DNA of 64,000 nt from contig NC_134028.1 of NCBI RefSeq assembly GCF_964204645.1, forward strand, positions 13,895,653 through 13,959,652. The letters are read 5' to 3'. This DNA is from Tubulanus polymorphus (Eukaryota; Animalia; Nemertea). Below, piece after piece: positions 38,713 to 51,802 of the stretch. A model generated the notes under the pieces. That model ran no database searches and had not been told where the DNA came from. It worked only from the letters and a program-made list of their open reading frames with translations. The position numbers and the translations under genes are program-made. Positions within the stretch are counted from its first letter, which is position 1. Each line of letters opens with the position of its first letter.

Positions 38713-39795
38713 TGTTCCGCGGTCCCTTTCTCTATTGTCTTTTTCCTCTATTACAAACTCCGGTCCCTGGCGAGAAAGTCGACCACGAACACAGAAACCC
38801 GAAAACCAAGGAATAAAAGGAACTCCGGATTTAAATATGATAATACTCAACTTTAATTCTACAATTTTAACTGAACTATAGTCTCAACAATTTATAAAAT
38901 TCCCTACCTTTTAATTTAGAATTTTGTTACAAATCCCGCACACAAGAAGATGCAATTCAACCGGATAGCCGAAAGTTATCTGTTCTATAGTCTTCTAATG
39001 CTTCCCCTGAAAATGCTTTCCAAAAGAGTCCGCTCTCTCTCGAGGTGCGGCCCCTTTTATACGGCTGCGTCCACACCCAAGAAAAATCCAGAACCCTGCT
39101 TGCGGCCAGCCGTAAAAGGGAACGAGCAACCAACGCAGCACCACGACGCAGAGCTGGGGTCCTGATTCCTAGACCTTTCATTCGCTGCTAACTTTAACCC
39201 GACCCTCGACGTCATGATACCTGCCGGTCTGCTCTCCTTCTCAACCGCACCGAAGAGATTACATATATACTATTTTTCCAACCCTCGAACTCATTTATTT
39301 TAACTTATCCAATGATTACAATTCCCACAATGAATGGTATTTAATTTTGTCTAAATAGTAATATACAATGTAAGCCGAAATATCATCTTTCTTATTTATA
39401 TTCTTTATCATTATTAGTACATTCAAATTTAAACACACAAACTCTTATTAATTAAAATAATAAAACTCTTTAATATTACTTTTTAATATTACTCTTTAAT
39501 ATTACTCCTTATTATCGAATTATCAGACTAAGGGTCAGCGAGTGTTTCATAAGTTGATTTCATAATTGCTCATTTCCACGAATTCTTCTCATGACTACAG
39601 CGCCGTGATTACCTTCAAAGTGATTTAGAATGCTCGTCTGATACAAGTATAAATGTTTCAGACAAACAACCATTAAGGCGGATAATGTATTATCGTACAC
39701 AAGGAACAATGCGTGTGTTCTCCCAGGACCATGCCAAGAAACCTACGTATATTAATCGTTTGATCTTTTTGAAAGTACAATTCAGCTGCGGATCA
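38713..39795 (-). repeat. 5' LTR of the Gypsy element (1083 bp)
   Basis: TGATCC...GGAACA on the minus strand, followed by the PBS; TATA at 39055-39061. Confidence 0.95.
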
Positions 39796-41665
39796 CTATA
39801 CTGTCATCTCCTATTCTAATACTTGATAGCTTGTCTCCCTTACGAAATTTTGACGTAAAATGTATAACCTCTGTCTTACTATCATTAAAAACAAGTCTAT
39901 TGCACTTCAACCATTCCTTTATTTCGTCAACACACTTCTCAACTCTTGATTTAGAAGCTGCACAACTCTTGCAGACGAAATAAATCTGGGTATCATCGGC
40001 ATATAACATTTAGTCGAGTTTATGTTTAATAATAATTTCTTCGATTGGTGCAAGATATAAACTGAAAAGTGTAGGGCCTAGTACACTCCCCTGAGGTACA
40101 CCACACATGAGTTTAACATTTTGAGATGACGATCTGTCAATCACGACACGCTGATACCTATTTTCTAAATATGACCTAAACCATTCTAAAGGAACATCTT
40201 TCACTCCATACCGATTCTGTAATCTATTCAATAGAATACCGTGATCTATGGTGTCAAAAGCCGCAGTTAGATCTAATAAGACGAGCACTACTTCATCGTG
40301 ATTATCAAGAGCTAACAAAATATCATTGTGTACTTTTAAAACTGCCGTTTCGGTGCTATTGAACTTCCTATAGGCAGACTGAAATGTTGAGAAGAGGTTA
40401 TTATCGGATAAATACTGACTCAAATCATTCAATACATGCCGCTCTATAGCTTTACTGATAAAAGGTAGATTAGAGACAGGTCGATAGTTACATAAAACAT
40501 TTGAATTAAGACCTGGCTTTTTCAACATTGGCCTGACTGTTGCTATTTTGAAAGAGTCAGGAACTGTGCCCTCAGTGAGGGACAAGTTAAAAATATCGAC
40601 TAACTTTGGTAAAACTTCAGGTAAACATTGTTTTAGAAAAGTAGTGGGAATCGGATCAATTGAACATGACTTATTGGTCATTGAAGTGATAATGTCGTTG
40701 AGAGACTTTTCAGTAACCGTACTAAAACTATTGAAGGAATGACCAAGATCTATAAAAGGAAAACGAGGGAGTGGTACATCAATAAAAGAATTACATAGTT
40801 TGGCAATTTTCACAACAAAAAAAATCGATTAGCCAGTTCTTTGGGATTGCTGTGCTCTGGCAGCGCGGAAATTACAGACTTCTTATCACTTGTCCATTCA
40901 TCGACAAGGGTGAATAACTTTCTCTGATCGGTACAGTCTGCTATCCAACCGCGATGATAGGATCTTGAGGCTTCTTGCAACAAACTATGGTACTCAATCC
41001 GATTGGCATGATAAATCTGTTTATCGACCTCTAATTTGGATGAGATCCACTTCCGTTCGTGGCTACGTAAAACACGCCTAGCAGCCTGGAGATTGGGTCC
41101 ATACCATGGAGCGCGAGGCTTATCGGTGAAAGTTTTAGTCTTTTCTGGCGCTAGATAGTCCAAAACTGACTTCATCTTAGCATCATAGTCATTCGCCAAA
41201 GAATTAACAGTCCCGGTCTCGGTATTCTCAAAAGATATGTTGCGAACTGTTTCCAGTAACACGTTCTTATCCACCGCTCGGAGGTTCCTGGACACACGTT
41301 CGACCGTCAACGGAAACGGTTTAGATAAAAACGAATTAAATACAATAAGACTATGATCTGACGGCAATGACGTATCAACGATAAAATTTGATACACATTT
41401 ATCGGTTTCACGAGTGATCACTAAGTCTAGGGTGTGGCCCTTCTGATGGGTCGGTCCTTGTAAATGTTGTAAGAACCCAAAACTGCGTAATAGATCAAGA
41501 AACTGTTGGGCATCGCGTCGCACGGTATCGTCAACGTGAAAATTGAAATCACCAACTATTATCAAACAACCTGGCGATATCAAAAAAGTCTCAAGGAACG
41601 TTGAAAATTCAACAAGAAATGTCTTTGTGGTCTGAGCAGGTGGACGATAAACAACTACTAAATTA
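39796..41665 (-). mobile_element. L2/CR1-group LINE, 5'-truncated part (APE C-terminus and RT, frameshifted)
   Basis: VYRPP, GDFN, GHTLDLV, SDH; NYRPVS, AFDTIDH, GVPQGSVLGP, YADD. Confidence 0.93.
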
Positions 41666-41679
41666 ATGAGCTGGCTGAA

Positions 41680-44600
41680 CCTGCATGTCCTGAACCTGCA
41701 TGTCGATACTCACATCATATTCTGTTACATGGAGCAAACTTCGAGAAGACTTCGGGAACCGAAAACGACCCTGGTCAGACAGTAAGCGGAACGGTCGGAA
41801 ATTGTCGAAATCAAAAAGGAGAATGTCTACTACCGATTTTGCCGGTAGTGGTAGCAAATGAACGCGTGCGCTGCCTCCTAGATAGTGGATCACAGTTAAC
41901 ACTAATTCGTCAAGATTTGGCTGAAGAGTTGGATTTAGAAGGCGACGAAATCGAAGTGGAGATTGTCACGGTTGGAGATTCAGTGCAAAAATTAAAAACG
42001 AAACTATACGAAATTGAAATTTCAGCAATCTCCGGAGATAAAGTCGTAAAATTGAAGCGATTGGCTTTCCGAAAATCTGTGAAAATTTGTATCGTGTTGA
42101 CAAAGCGGAAATATGCGATTTGTTTATGATTCAGTCGGAAGATATTGATACTGAACCTGGTTCGGTTGACATTTTAATCGGCGTCGACAATATCGAATTT
42201 CATACTGGTTTTATAATTCACAAGGGTGATTATGGTTTGCGTGAAACAATATTCGGTCCTGTAGTGTTTGGTCGTTCTGATAAAGAAGATAAACGTTGTA
42301 GTCCGGGAAAAGTAATTTTGACTAAATAACACGACCCTACAGACATGTCGAGATTCTGGGAAACCGAAGAAATGGGTGTTTGTTTGAACTGGTGCTGTCA
42401 AGAAAGACAACTGGGCGAAAAAATCAAAACTGCGATCGAAGGGAAAGAAGAATTAGAGATTCGTTCGTCCGCCATTCGAATCGGAAATCGGTGGCAAATT
42501 CCGTTACCGTGGAAAAAGGATCCAAATCAGCTACTAGATAATTATTATCAAGCATTTGCGAAATTGCGCGGTTTGGAACAACGATTGCAGAAATCCCCGA
42601 AATTAGCTGAGATTTATAATGAGCAAGTTGAGCAACTAGTGAAGTCCGGTTCGGCAAAGAAAATGACGGCTGAAGAAATCGAAAATTATCGTGGGCCTGT
42701 TCATTATATGAGTCACCATGCTGTAGTTCGACCAGATAAACCAACTCATCCGTGCCGTATGGTCTTCAATCAAGCTGAGAACTATAGAGGTCATGTGATA
42801 AATGATTATTTGAGTAAATGCGGTGATCATCTCAACAATTTACTCGGAGTGTTGATTCGCTGGCGTGAAAGAGAGTATGTATTGGTCGGAGATGTCAAAA
42901 AGATGTACCATCAAGTTCTCGTTAGCCCAGGTTTCGATACTCAAACGCATCGATTCTTATGGCGAAATTATGAGTCGAATCGAGATCCAGATATTTACGT
43001 CAAGATGGTCTTAACATTTGGAGATGTATCGTCACCAGCTCTCGCAAATATTGCAATGGATATGACTGCGGATCAATATAAAACACAGTATCCAGATGCC
43101 GTCGCAACGATTAAGCAATGTCGATATATGGATGACATCGCAGATAGTGTGAATACCGTTTTCGATTTAGAAAAGCGAAGATGTGAGATCGATAAAATTT
43201 TGGAATCGGGACATTTCCAGATCAAGCATTGGTACTCGAATGCATAATTATCGGGCCGGGAGGATGAAGACAACAATGAAGACAACGTTGAGAAAGTGCT
43301 CGGAGTCATTTGGTATCGAGACGAGGATAAGATCTCAATTCATATGTCCATTTTACATCAGATTTGGTGCGCCTGTCATTGTTAAAGGGAAAATCGGACT
43401 GCAGGAATTATGGCGAGAAAATCTTGATTGGGATCAACCGATACCAGAGAAGGTGCAAGACAAATGGTTAAGATGGATTGAGGAAATTCGTAAGCTGGAA
43501 ACACGGAAGTTTGATCGATGTCTAACTCCGGCAAATGCGGCGTCAGATCCAGACCTTGTCATTTTATGTGATGCATCAAATGTCGCTTTCGGGAGTGTTG
43601 CATATTTACGTTGGATATGTGGAGATGGAAAGGTGGAGATAAAGTTTGCGTTGGCGAAGTCGAGGATTGCACCTATTCGTACGATAAGTCTTCCACGAAA
43701 AGAACTACAATCATTGGTATTGGGCTGTAGAATTTATGAGACTATCAAGGTTGAATCGAGACTTGAGATCAAGAACGTTCACATTTTCACTGATTCGATG
43801 ATTGCTTACTCGTGGATTCAGAATGACTCGCGGGTATATAAAACATTTGTTGCGAATAGGATCGGCGAAATTCTGTCTAAAACTGAGCGTAGTTATTACG
43901 GCCATTGTCCGTCGACTGAGAATGTGGCCGATGATATTAGCCGTGGAATCAATGAATCCGATTTAGATGTTCGCTTGGTTGGTGGGCCAGAATTTCTGCG
44001 TCAACCGAAAGATGAATGGCCAGTGTCGTATCCTACCGAAACAACCGAGATAAATGATTCCGAACAAAAACTAGGGTGCGTTATGGTCACAAAACCAAGA
44101 TTCGAGATAAGTGCGTTGCAGAAATTTAGCACGTTGAATCGTCTGATACGCCTCGTTGCAATGGTTCTTCGATTTGTGAAAAATTTGCAGGCGAGAGTTC
44201 GGAATAAGAAAGAACAACTTCAAACGGGAGAAGTTACTGCAGCCGAATTAAAGTGCGCGAAAAGCACAATCGTGAAGTTAGAAATCGGAAATATGAAGTG
44301 GAATTTCGGAAATTATCGCCGTTTGTAGATGCTGCAGGGATTATCCGAGTGGGAGGTCGACTTGGAAACGCTGATGTAGCTTATGATCAGAATCATCCCG
44401 TTCTATTACCAAAGGATCATTTCATATCGAAACTTATCGCGGAACATCAGCATCGATATGGTCATCCTGGAGTTGCAGCGACAACCGCGAAGGTCCGACG
44501 AGGATTCTGGATAATCGGGTTGAATCGGTTAGCTAAATCGGTAGTGCGCAGTTGTTTATTTTGTCGTGAAATGTGTGCAAAAGTGGAGGATCAGTACATG

Positions 44601-45505
44601 GCTGACCTTCCGAGTATTCGATTGAATCCGAGCCCTCCGTTTCAACACACCGCGTGCGATCTTTTTGGACCGTTTAACGTCCGAATCAAGCGAATGACAA
44701 CAATGAAAGTTTGGGGGGTTATTTTCACCTGTCTCGCGACTCGTGCAGTGTATTGCGATATCGCGCTTGATTACTCGGCACAGGAATTTATTCAAACCTT
44801 TCGACGTTTTCTATCTGTAAGAGGAAAACCGGAATCGATGTTGAGTGATAATGGGTCTCAACTAGTAGCTGCACAAAAGGAAATTCGGTTCTGGTGCGCA
44901 AATCGCGAAATTTCGTGGCAGTTCATTACACCGTTAGCGCCGCATCAGAACGGTTGCGCTGAAGCATTGGTGAAATCCGTTAAAATGAATTTGAAAATTG
45001 TGATTGGAGAAAAAGTACCTGCGCCGTTTTAACTTCAAACTATTAAATTTGAAGTAGCAAATCTCGTTAACGAACGGCCAATTGGAGTGAACTCCAGTGA
45101 TCCAAATGATGGCAGTTACATTTGTCCGAACGGAATTTTGTTGGGCAGAGCATCCGATGACGTACCGCATGGTCCATTTGCCGAGACGCGAAATCCGTAG
45201 AATATTGCGTAGGATATTGTCAAAAAATCCTTGATGCGTGGTGGAAAAAATGGTATCGAGATGTGTTTCCTCATCTTGCTCCACGGAGGAAATGGAATAC
45301 TGCGAAACGTGATGTGAAAGTGGGGGATATCGTGTTACTCCACGAACCGAATCCGATCCGTAGTAAATGGTGTAAGGGCCGAATATCACATGTATTTCCG
45401 AGCGATGATGGACTTATTCGAAATGTAGAAGTGAAAACCGTGACCGGATCGTATCAGCGTGCAATCACTAGAATAGCTGTATTACTTCCCGTGGAGGAAC
45501 AATAA
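41680..45505 (+). pseudogene. pol: BEL/Pao Gag tail and Pol (PR, RT, RNase H, IN), multiply frameshifted
   Basis: LLDSGS, YMDD, LCDAS/FTDS, H..GH..C..C, CDLFGP/SDNG/QNGCAE, C-terminal VKVGDIVL..W..GRI. Confidence 0.92.
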
Positions 45506-45552
45506 TTAGTAGTGAAATGTCGTATCATGAGGTGTATACATGGGATTTAAAT

Positions 45553-45882
45553 TCAGTGAGTATTTTATACTATTTGCAGTGTTAATTTAGTAGATTATGG
45601 TGTAATAACATAAGAGAATATTCCGTAGTATAAGAGTATAACATAAATCAGTGAAATAGAGAAGTAATTCCATTAAATTAAGGCGAAATATTATGATGCA
45701 AGATAAAGGTTTATTTTGTATTGCGCAATCTAGAAATAGCTCAGATATTATAAGTTTGTATTATCTGTTTACAGATTTGAATCGTCCAAAATCCGTTGAA
45801 TAAAGAAACATCAATTTGATATCCGGAGTTTGTTATTTGTCGGACGTATTCAAAAGCCACCACTTAAAATCCCATCGAGCCA
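45553..45882 (+). repeat. BEL/Pao 3' LTR (portion shared with the 5' copy)
   Basis: Direct repeat of 25597-25926. Confidence 0.9.
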
Positions 45883-45884
45883 CA

Positions 45885-47305
45885 CGCGAATCTCAATAGG
45901 GTTTTCTGTGATGTAACAGAAAACCCTAAATATAGCTGCAAGCAGCGATAACGGGTTTCTGCCTTTCTGGATAGAATGTCGTTCAGGGATGCGAGCAAAG
46001 ATTTCACCCGAAATCAGTTCGTTACATTCCGTTTTTCGAAAGAGTGCCACCTAGGGGTCAACTCACAACATGGATATGTTGACCCACATGTGCTACTACG
46101 CGCATGTGCTACTACGCGCAAAGTACTAATGTGCCGGGTTTTGGGGGAAATAACATCGAGAAGAACGTAGCTACGGTGTTTTTACCATTCCCTAGTGACA
46201 GTTTAAGCGCATATTCGGTTATTATTAGTTCCGAAAAAAGTCGACTAAATGAGAAAACCTTATTTGGCCCAAAGCACAAATTTGGCTTATAGGGTAAACT
46301 ATGCAGGCCTTATAGTGTTACTATTAGTTAAGGAGTGACAAGTCAGTCTGACATGTGAAGCGATCAGATGGGGACTACAATTCACATATGAAATTGACGT
46401 CCAATAACCATTATAAAAACATAATCACGAACGGTACCATCACTCCCCATTACTGACTGTCACTGGTCTCTGGCTAGCAATCATTCTTTATCGGTGCAGT
46501 GGGTAGGTATTTTCAACTGACTATGTTCTTCTATGACATTACCATCACCGCTGCGCCACGATGTGATGTACGTGTACAAGGGACCTCCAATTTGTAATGT
46601 ATGTGATGTATAAACTGACTTTAGACCGTTTAATATCGACGATAACAAGGTATCACCGACGCTGACATTTTCTGAGGCTAACTAGTATGACCCGCCTTTT
46701 GGACCGGACCAATTAAATTCAATTAACAAAACGCGTACCGGTACAATAAATAAATAAACCGCTGTTGATTTTTCGAAGTATTGATATCCATGAACAAAAC
46801 TATACTATTATAGAATGTTTAAAAGGAACTGCTTTTAATAACAGTATGAATAAACTTACCTCACAAACAAGGAAGTACATTTTTAACTTGTGAATGGTCG
46901 AACCCCAGTTATTCACACTAACCTGTGATTTGGATATTCTCGGAGCATTCCTTCTTTATTTATTTATGAAAAGACGTCACAAACTTTCAGATTCGCGCCA
47001 GTATGCGCGCCATGATTGATGATTGCTATGTCCACCGGTGTTATATTAAGGTAACTTCACGTAAATAGGAAGCACAGTACATCCATAGAAACTACGCGCA
47101 GAAAGAGACTGTTATATTATTATCAGAGTTTAGCATTTCGTTTCAAAGTTGTTAGTAGTCGAATCTGATAGAAGATGATTTTTATGTGACGAAACTCAGT
47201 AAAAATATGTTAAAATAATAATCAGCAGGAATCAAGCAGCAGAAACCCTAATAAGAAACTCGCGAATCTCAATACGGTTTTCTGTGAAGTAACAGAAAAC
47301 CCTAA
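45885..47305. mobile_element. Helentron/HINE-like non-autonomous segment bounded by duplicated hairpin ends
   Basis: CGCGAATCTCAATA(G/C)GGTTTTCTGTGA(T/A)GTAACAGAAAACCCTAA at 45885 and 47261; AAATATAGCTGCAAGCAGCGAT motif shared with the array. Confidence 0.55.
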
Positions 47306-47374
47306 TTATGTTATCATTTTATAGTGTTAAAATTTTATCTAAATCAAGGAATGATATCAAAATTAGTATATGGA

Positions 47375-47492
47375 AAGAGTCAATAAATCAATCAAATGGT
47401 TGGAAAAATATATCGATTTCAATACAAAACAAAGAACCTATACTAAAACAGATTTCGAAAAAGATTTTTTTCAAATTATTAAAAATGCATTC
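47375..47492 (+). pseudogene. Isolated pPolB fragment from a third Polinton-like copy
   Basis: KWLEKYIDFNTKQRT..KTDFEKDFF..NAF, matching the reverse complement of ~122-230. Confidence 0.8.
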
Positions 47493-47787
47493 TGCTCGCC
47501 GCCTTATTTCAAAGTCCAAAATAAAACAAGCTCGACGACGATCTTCGGGATCTAAAATTTACAGCCGAGTTATCTTGTTGCCAGCCAAATCCAAACTAAA
47601 ACTAAACGTTTTCGCGTGTGTGCTCTTTGTGAGATGTCGCCCATTAAGAATTATTTATGGGACAGCTTTGTGCAGTTTTTGCCCCGTACTGTAATTAAAA
47701 AGTGTGACTCATCATGTGACTCATCATCTCAAACACTGCAACCAAAACTATAACTAATTCCAATGATTAATTTGCTATCATCCCCCA
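47493..47787 (-). repeat. Candidate 3' LTR (47493-47780) plus PPT of the second env-bearing Gypsy
   Basis: Minus strand ...AAGCCTGGGGGA|TGATAG...GGCGAGCA. It ends exactly where the pPolB fragment breaks. Confidence 0.5.
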
Positions 47788-47860
47788 GGCTTATTTTTTT
47801 TCGCCCCGAAAAAACTGGTGGAAACAATCAACCGACATCTACTTTATTACTGACAATATC

Positions 47861-47966
47861 AGTATTAGGGATAATAGGGGTTCAGGCCAAAGGTCGAAAA
47901 ATAAATTCTCGCACACTCGAATTTATTTTTCGACCTTTGACCTGAACCCCTAGTATCCCTGTTACT
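47861..47966. repeat. Left terminal hairpin (106 bp)
   Basis: AGTATTAGGGATAATAGGGGTTCAGG...TCGCACACTC...CCTGAACCCCTAGTATCCCTGTTACT. Confidence 0.92.
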
Positions 47967-48017
47967 CTCAAAATATTCATATCAAAAATCAATTTTAATA
48001 AAAAATTTGATATTAAA

Positions 48018-50049
48018 ATGGAAGCAAATAAGAAGTACTACTGTCCAACATGTAAAATCAATAAAGATAAATCTCAAAAAGCAAGACATAATAAAACTAA
48101 ATCTCACTTAGAAAATAGATTAAACTTAGAATATAAAGATGATATATTAGAAACTAAATTCGATGAATTAAAGAATGAAAAAGAAATATACAAATGTGAT
48201 ACATGTGATCAATCATTCAGTAACAAAAGATTTCATAAAGAACATTTAAAATCTAAAAGTCATATTAGAAATATTAATAATGATATTTTAGGTGAAGAAT
48301 ATTTTGATAATGATAATGATAATGATAAGAAACAGAAGACAATTAGAAGAATAAAAAATAAAATAAACAATAAAAGGCCATACATGGAAGATGTTAGAAA
48401 TTATATTAATTCATTAGATAATCAAAAAGATATTGAAATAACCGAAGCATTTAAAAGTGATATTGGACCAGCTGCTATCGAGTTTAAATTTTATAAAGGT
48501 AAAACATTAGAAGAAAATTAAAAACATTTAGAAAATAAGAAAAATATTATAAAAATAATTACAGACGTAGAATACCATAAAATTAGCATATCATTTAAAG
48601 TTAAATTTATAAAATCTGAAGATAAACCAATATATAATATAAATTCTCATTCACAACATATTATTTCAAAACAACATATAGATGATAAATTAGATAAATG
48701 TTATAATGAAATAAAAACTAAAATAGAAGAGAAATATTTTGAAGGATCTGGTATAATATTTGATGAAATAATATTTATGACTTTACATATTTATAACACA
48801 AAATATAATAAGTAAACTAAATCAAAACCAATAGATGAAAATAATTTATCATGTTATGAAGATGATAATATAAATGGATCAAGTTATATCAAATTACCAT
48901 TAAAAACTAATGCTGTTATAAATGTACAAATTGAAGATGATTAATGTTTTCTATGGTCAATAATTAGTTGCTTACATCCAGTTGAAGATTATATTCAACA
49001 TATTTATAGATTAACAAATAAGAAACAATTTGAAAATGATTATAAGATGGATAATTATCCAGTTAGAATTAAAGATACACCAAAAATAGAAAGAGATAAT
49101 AATCTAAAGATAAATGTATTCGATTTAATCAAATTACCAAATACAAAAGGCAATAAAATTGAACATTTTACATTAGAGCCTTTGTATTCAAAATATTATG
49201 ATTCAAATGGTGTTATAGATATAGTATAATGTGAAAATCATTATATGTGGATTAAACAAATAGATTTATTTTTTAGAACAGAAAATAATCACAATAAAAT
49301 ATATCTATGTAGAAAATGTATAACTAAATTCAGTAATGAAAGGGCATTATTAAATCATAAGCAATTATGCGATAATCATGATTATTGTAAAATGATTTTA
49401 CCAAATAAAAAGGATAAAATATTAGAATTTAAAAAATATGATTACAAAAATAATCTGTAATGATATGAGAACTTCTATGAAATTTAATAAACCAATTTAT
49501 GTTGGAGCAACAGTTTTAGAAATATTATTATTATTAATGTATCAATTCTATTATAACGTATTAAAACCTCATTTTGGAGAAAAGCATATAGAAATCTTAT
49601 ATTTTGATACTGACAGTTACATATTAAAGATAAAAACTAATAACATAACAGATGATTTAAAAACATTGAAACATCATTTTGATTTCAGTAATTATCCTAA
49701 AGATCATGAATTGTTTAACAATGATAATAAAAAGGTGCCAGGGAAGTTTAAGGACATGAAGAAATGATTGAATTCATAGGTATTAGATCTAAAATGTATT
49801 CACATAAAACTAAAACTCATAAATCAAAGAAATTGAAAGGAATTACCAAAAGTGTAGTCGAAAAAACATTCATTTTAAAGATTACATCAATTGTATATTC
49901 AATGAAAAAGTTAGAAAACATAAGATGAAATGTTTATGATCTCAAGATCACGAGATGTTCATTGAAGAGATAGAGAAGATAAGTTTGAATCCTTTCGATG
50001 ATAAAGGATATATTCTCGATGATTGTATACACACAGTTGTTAATGGTTG
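48018..50049 (+). pseudogene. ZnF-pPolB with a large internal deletion near 49455 and many stops
   Basis: Collinear with copy 1 up to KKYDYKN, then jumps to the C-terminal NKPIYVG..YFDTDS..KKVPGKFKD. Confidence 0.9.
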
Positions 50050-50536
50050 AAATTTAGAAGAAAACTTAAAATTTAAAAGAGAAGAGTCAAAAGAGAATGA
50101 GATTATGAAAAGGATTATTACATGTTAATCGGCTTTAATTCAATTTTAATAAAAATTTGTTATTAAAATGGAGAGAAAACAAGTACACAGTGAGAACAAC
50201 AAATCATTTCTAGATAGAATTAAGATACTACAAATGTAAAATCTGTAGATTATAAATTTAAGAAGTTAAATGAATTAACAATTCATAAGAAATATCTAAT
50301 TACAAATATTGATACAGCTACTAACAAATATGGAGATAGATTAATAATTCACTCAAAATATGAAGGATTAAAAGGAAAAAATATAAATTTAGAACATATT
50401 TACCAGATAGATTTCATAGATTATCTAGTGAAGATTTAGAAGAATTATGTTCTGGCGATTTCTATTTCATATATAAGGGTAAGAATGAAAAAGGGCACCA
50501 TGAAATAGATTTTGAATAAAAAAATATGTAAAATAA

Positions 50537-51300
50537 ATGGTAGAATTAAAAGAATATAGAATATTTGTTGATTCTAGAAAACTGATAAATTCTAAATAAC
50601 ATAATTTACCAGTACAATTAGATAGAGAATTTAAGAATTGCGTAGATTTGAAATTAGTAAATGTAAGTTTATGTAACTCATTTTACGATATATCGGATAA
50701 AACTATTGATCATAGACTGTTTATGATTCATGTTAGAAATATAAATAAATGGTTTCATCTATTTTTAAAACCAGGATTATATAATTTAGAAACATTAGCT
50801 CAAGAAATTAACAGAAGAGCCCGATTAAAACTTAGAAGTGAAGATAAATGTTCAATTAGATTTATAAAAAGTAATAGTTCTGATAAAATTAAAATAAAGT
50901 TAGATGATGAAACCAAACACGCATTTATGGTACACAAACCAATAGCTAAAATGTTAGGAATTAAACCATATACTGTTACAGGAAACTCAGACGGTAATTC
51001 AAATTTAATGCCTTTAACACACTTTTATATCTATTGCAATTTAATTGATCCTACAAAAACTTTCGAAGCAACTAAAGATAAAATTTGTAATTCTAGTATA
51101 TTAAATATTTTACCATAAAAAAATGTTAAACAATTTGGAACGCAAATAAGTTATAATTTAGCTGAATGTGATTTCAAACCTTGTATTCCAAAATTCAATA
51201 ATTTTACATTAGAAATTAGAAATCATAATGGATACTTAATTGATTTTAAAAAATTTTACTGTAATTTATGAATTAGTAATAATAATATGTGGAGAATAAG
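50537..51300 (+). pseudogene. Minor capsid (penton)-like protein
   Basis: PGLYN, FYIYCNLID..SSILNILP, ..FTLEIRNHNGYLIDF pattern typical of Polinton/PLV pentons. Confidence 0.6.
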
Positions 51301-51802
51301 TTTTTAACTATATAAATGAATATAACAGCAGGACCGAGTATATGTTTTGGATTTTATTTTAAACGTGAGAAAGAAATGAAACTTAACATTAATGATGTAA
51401 TAACATATATTAAAAATATTACATTTTTTAATGAAACATTTGATTTTGAAAAAATCTATAAATAAAGAAACTTTTAATGTAGAAAAGATTACTGATTTAA
51501 TTAGAGAGTCTTTAAGATTTTATGAATTAGATGAAGATTATAATATCATAAATGTTGAAATAATCATAAATAAGATAACTAAATATTTATATATAATCGA
51601 GCATTACTATCAGTTGGAACTTTTGGTTATACAATGGTATTAAAAAGTATTTATGATGGGAAGTGTAAATGTTGATAGATTTGATATAAATGACATTTTA
51701 AAATTAACATTAGCAGTTACTTTATCTAATTTAACTATTGATTATTTGGAAAAACAAAAGTATATTCCTCCTATATAAATGCGTAATTTTTTTACTAAAT
51801 AA

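Larger units (their letters stand above)
27940..39795 (-). mobile_element. Env-bearing chromodomain Ty3/Gypsy retroelement with INVERTED LTRs, 4-bp TSD CTAT
   Basis: CTAT|TGATCCGCAGCTG...CAGCTGCGGATCA|CTAT. Removing it restores the LINE frame (DDSIATCQSVRDLG). Confidence 0.95.
25597..45882 (+). mobile_element. BEL/Pao LTR retrotransposon, decayed and interrupted by a LINE and the Gypsy element
   Basis: 330-bp direct repeats at both ends; BEL-type gag; PR-RT-RH-IN order. Confidence 0.92.

Noticed and set aside
28554-39181. Identical 71/74-aa ORF pairs on opposite strands
   Set aside because: A by-product of the inverted LTRs; they span the TATA box and show no protein features.
27940-39795. 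Classification as DIRS or Ginger, or as two independent head-to-head insertions
   Set aside because: It has a DDE integrase, RT, tRNA PBS and env, no tyrosine recombinase, and one shared CTAT TSD.
30618-45389. Antisense ORFs within env, pol, gag, LINE and BEL
   Set aside because: Shadow frames of real coding sequence.
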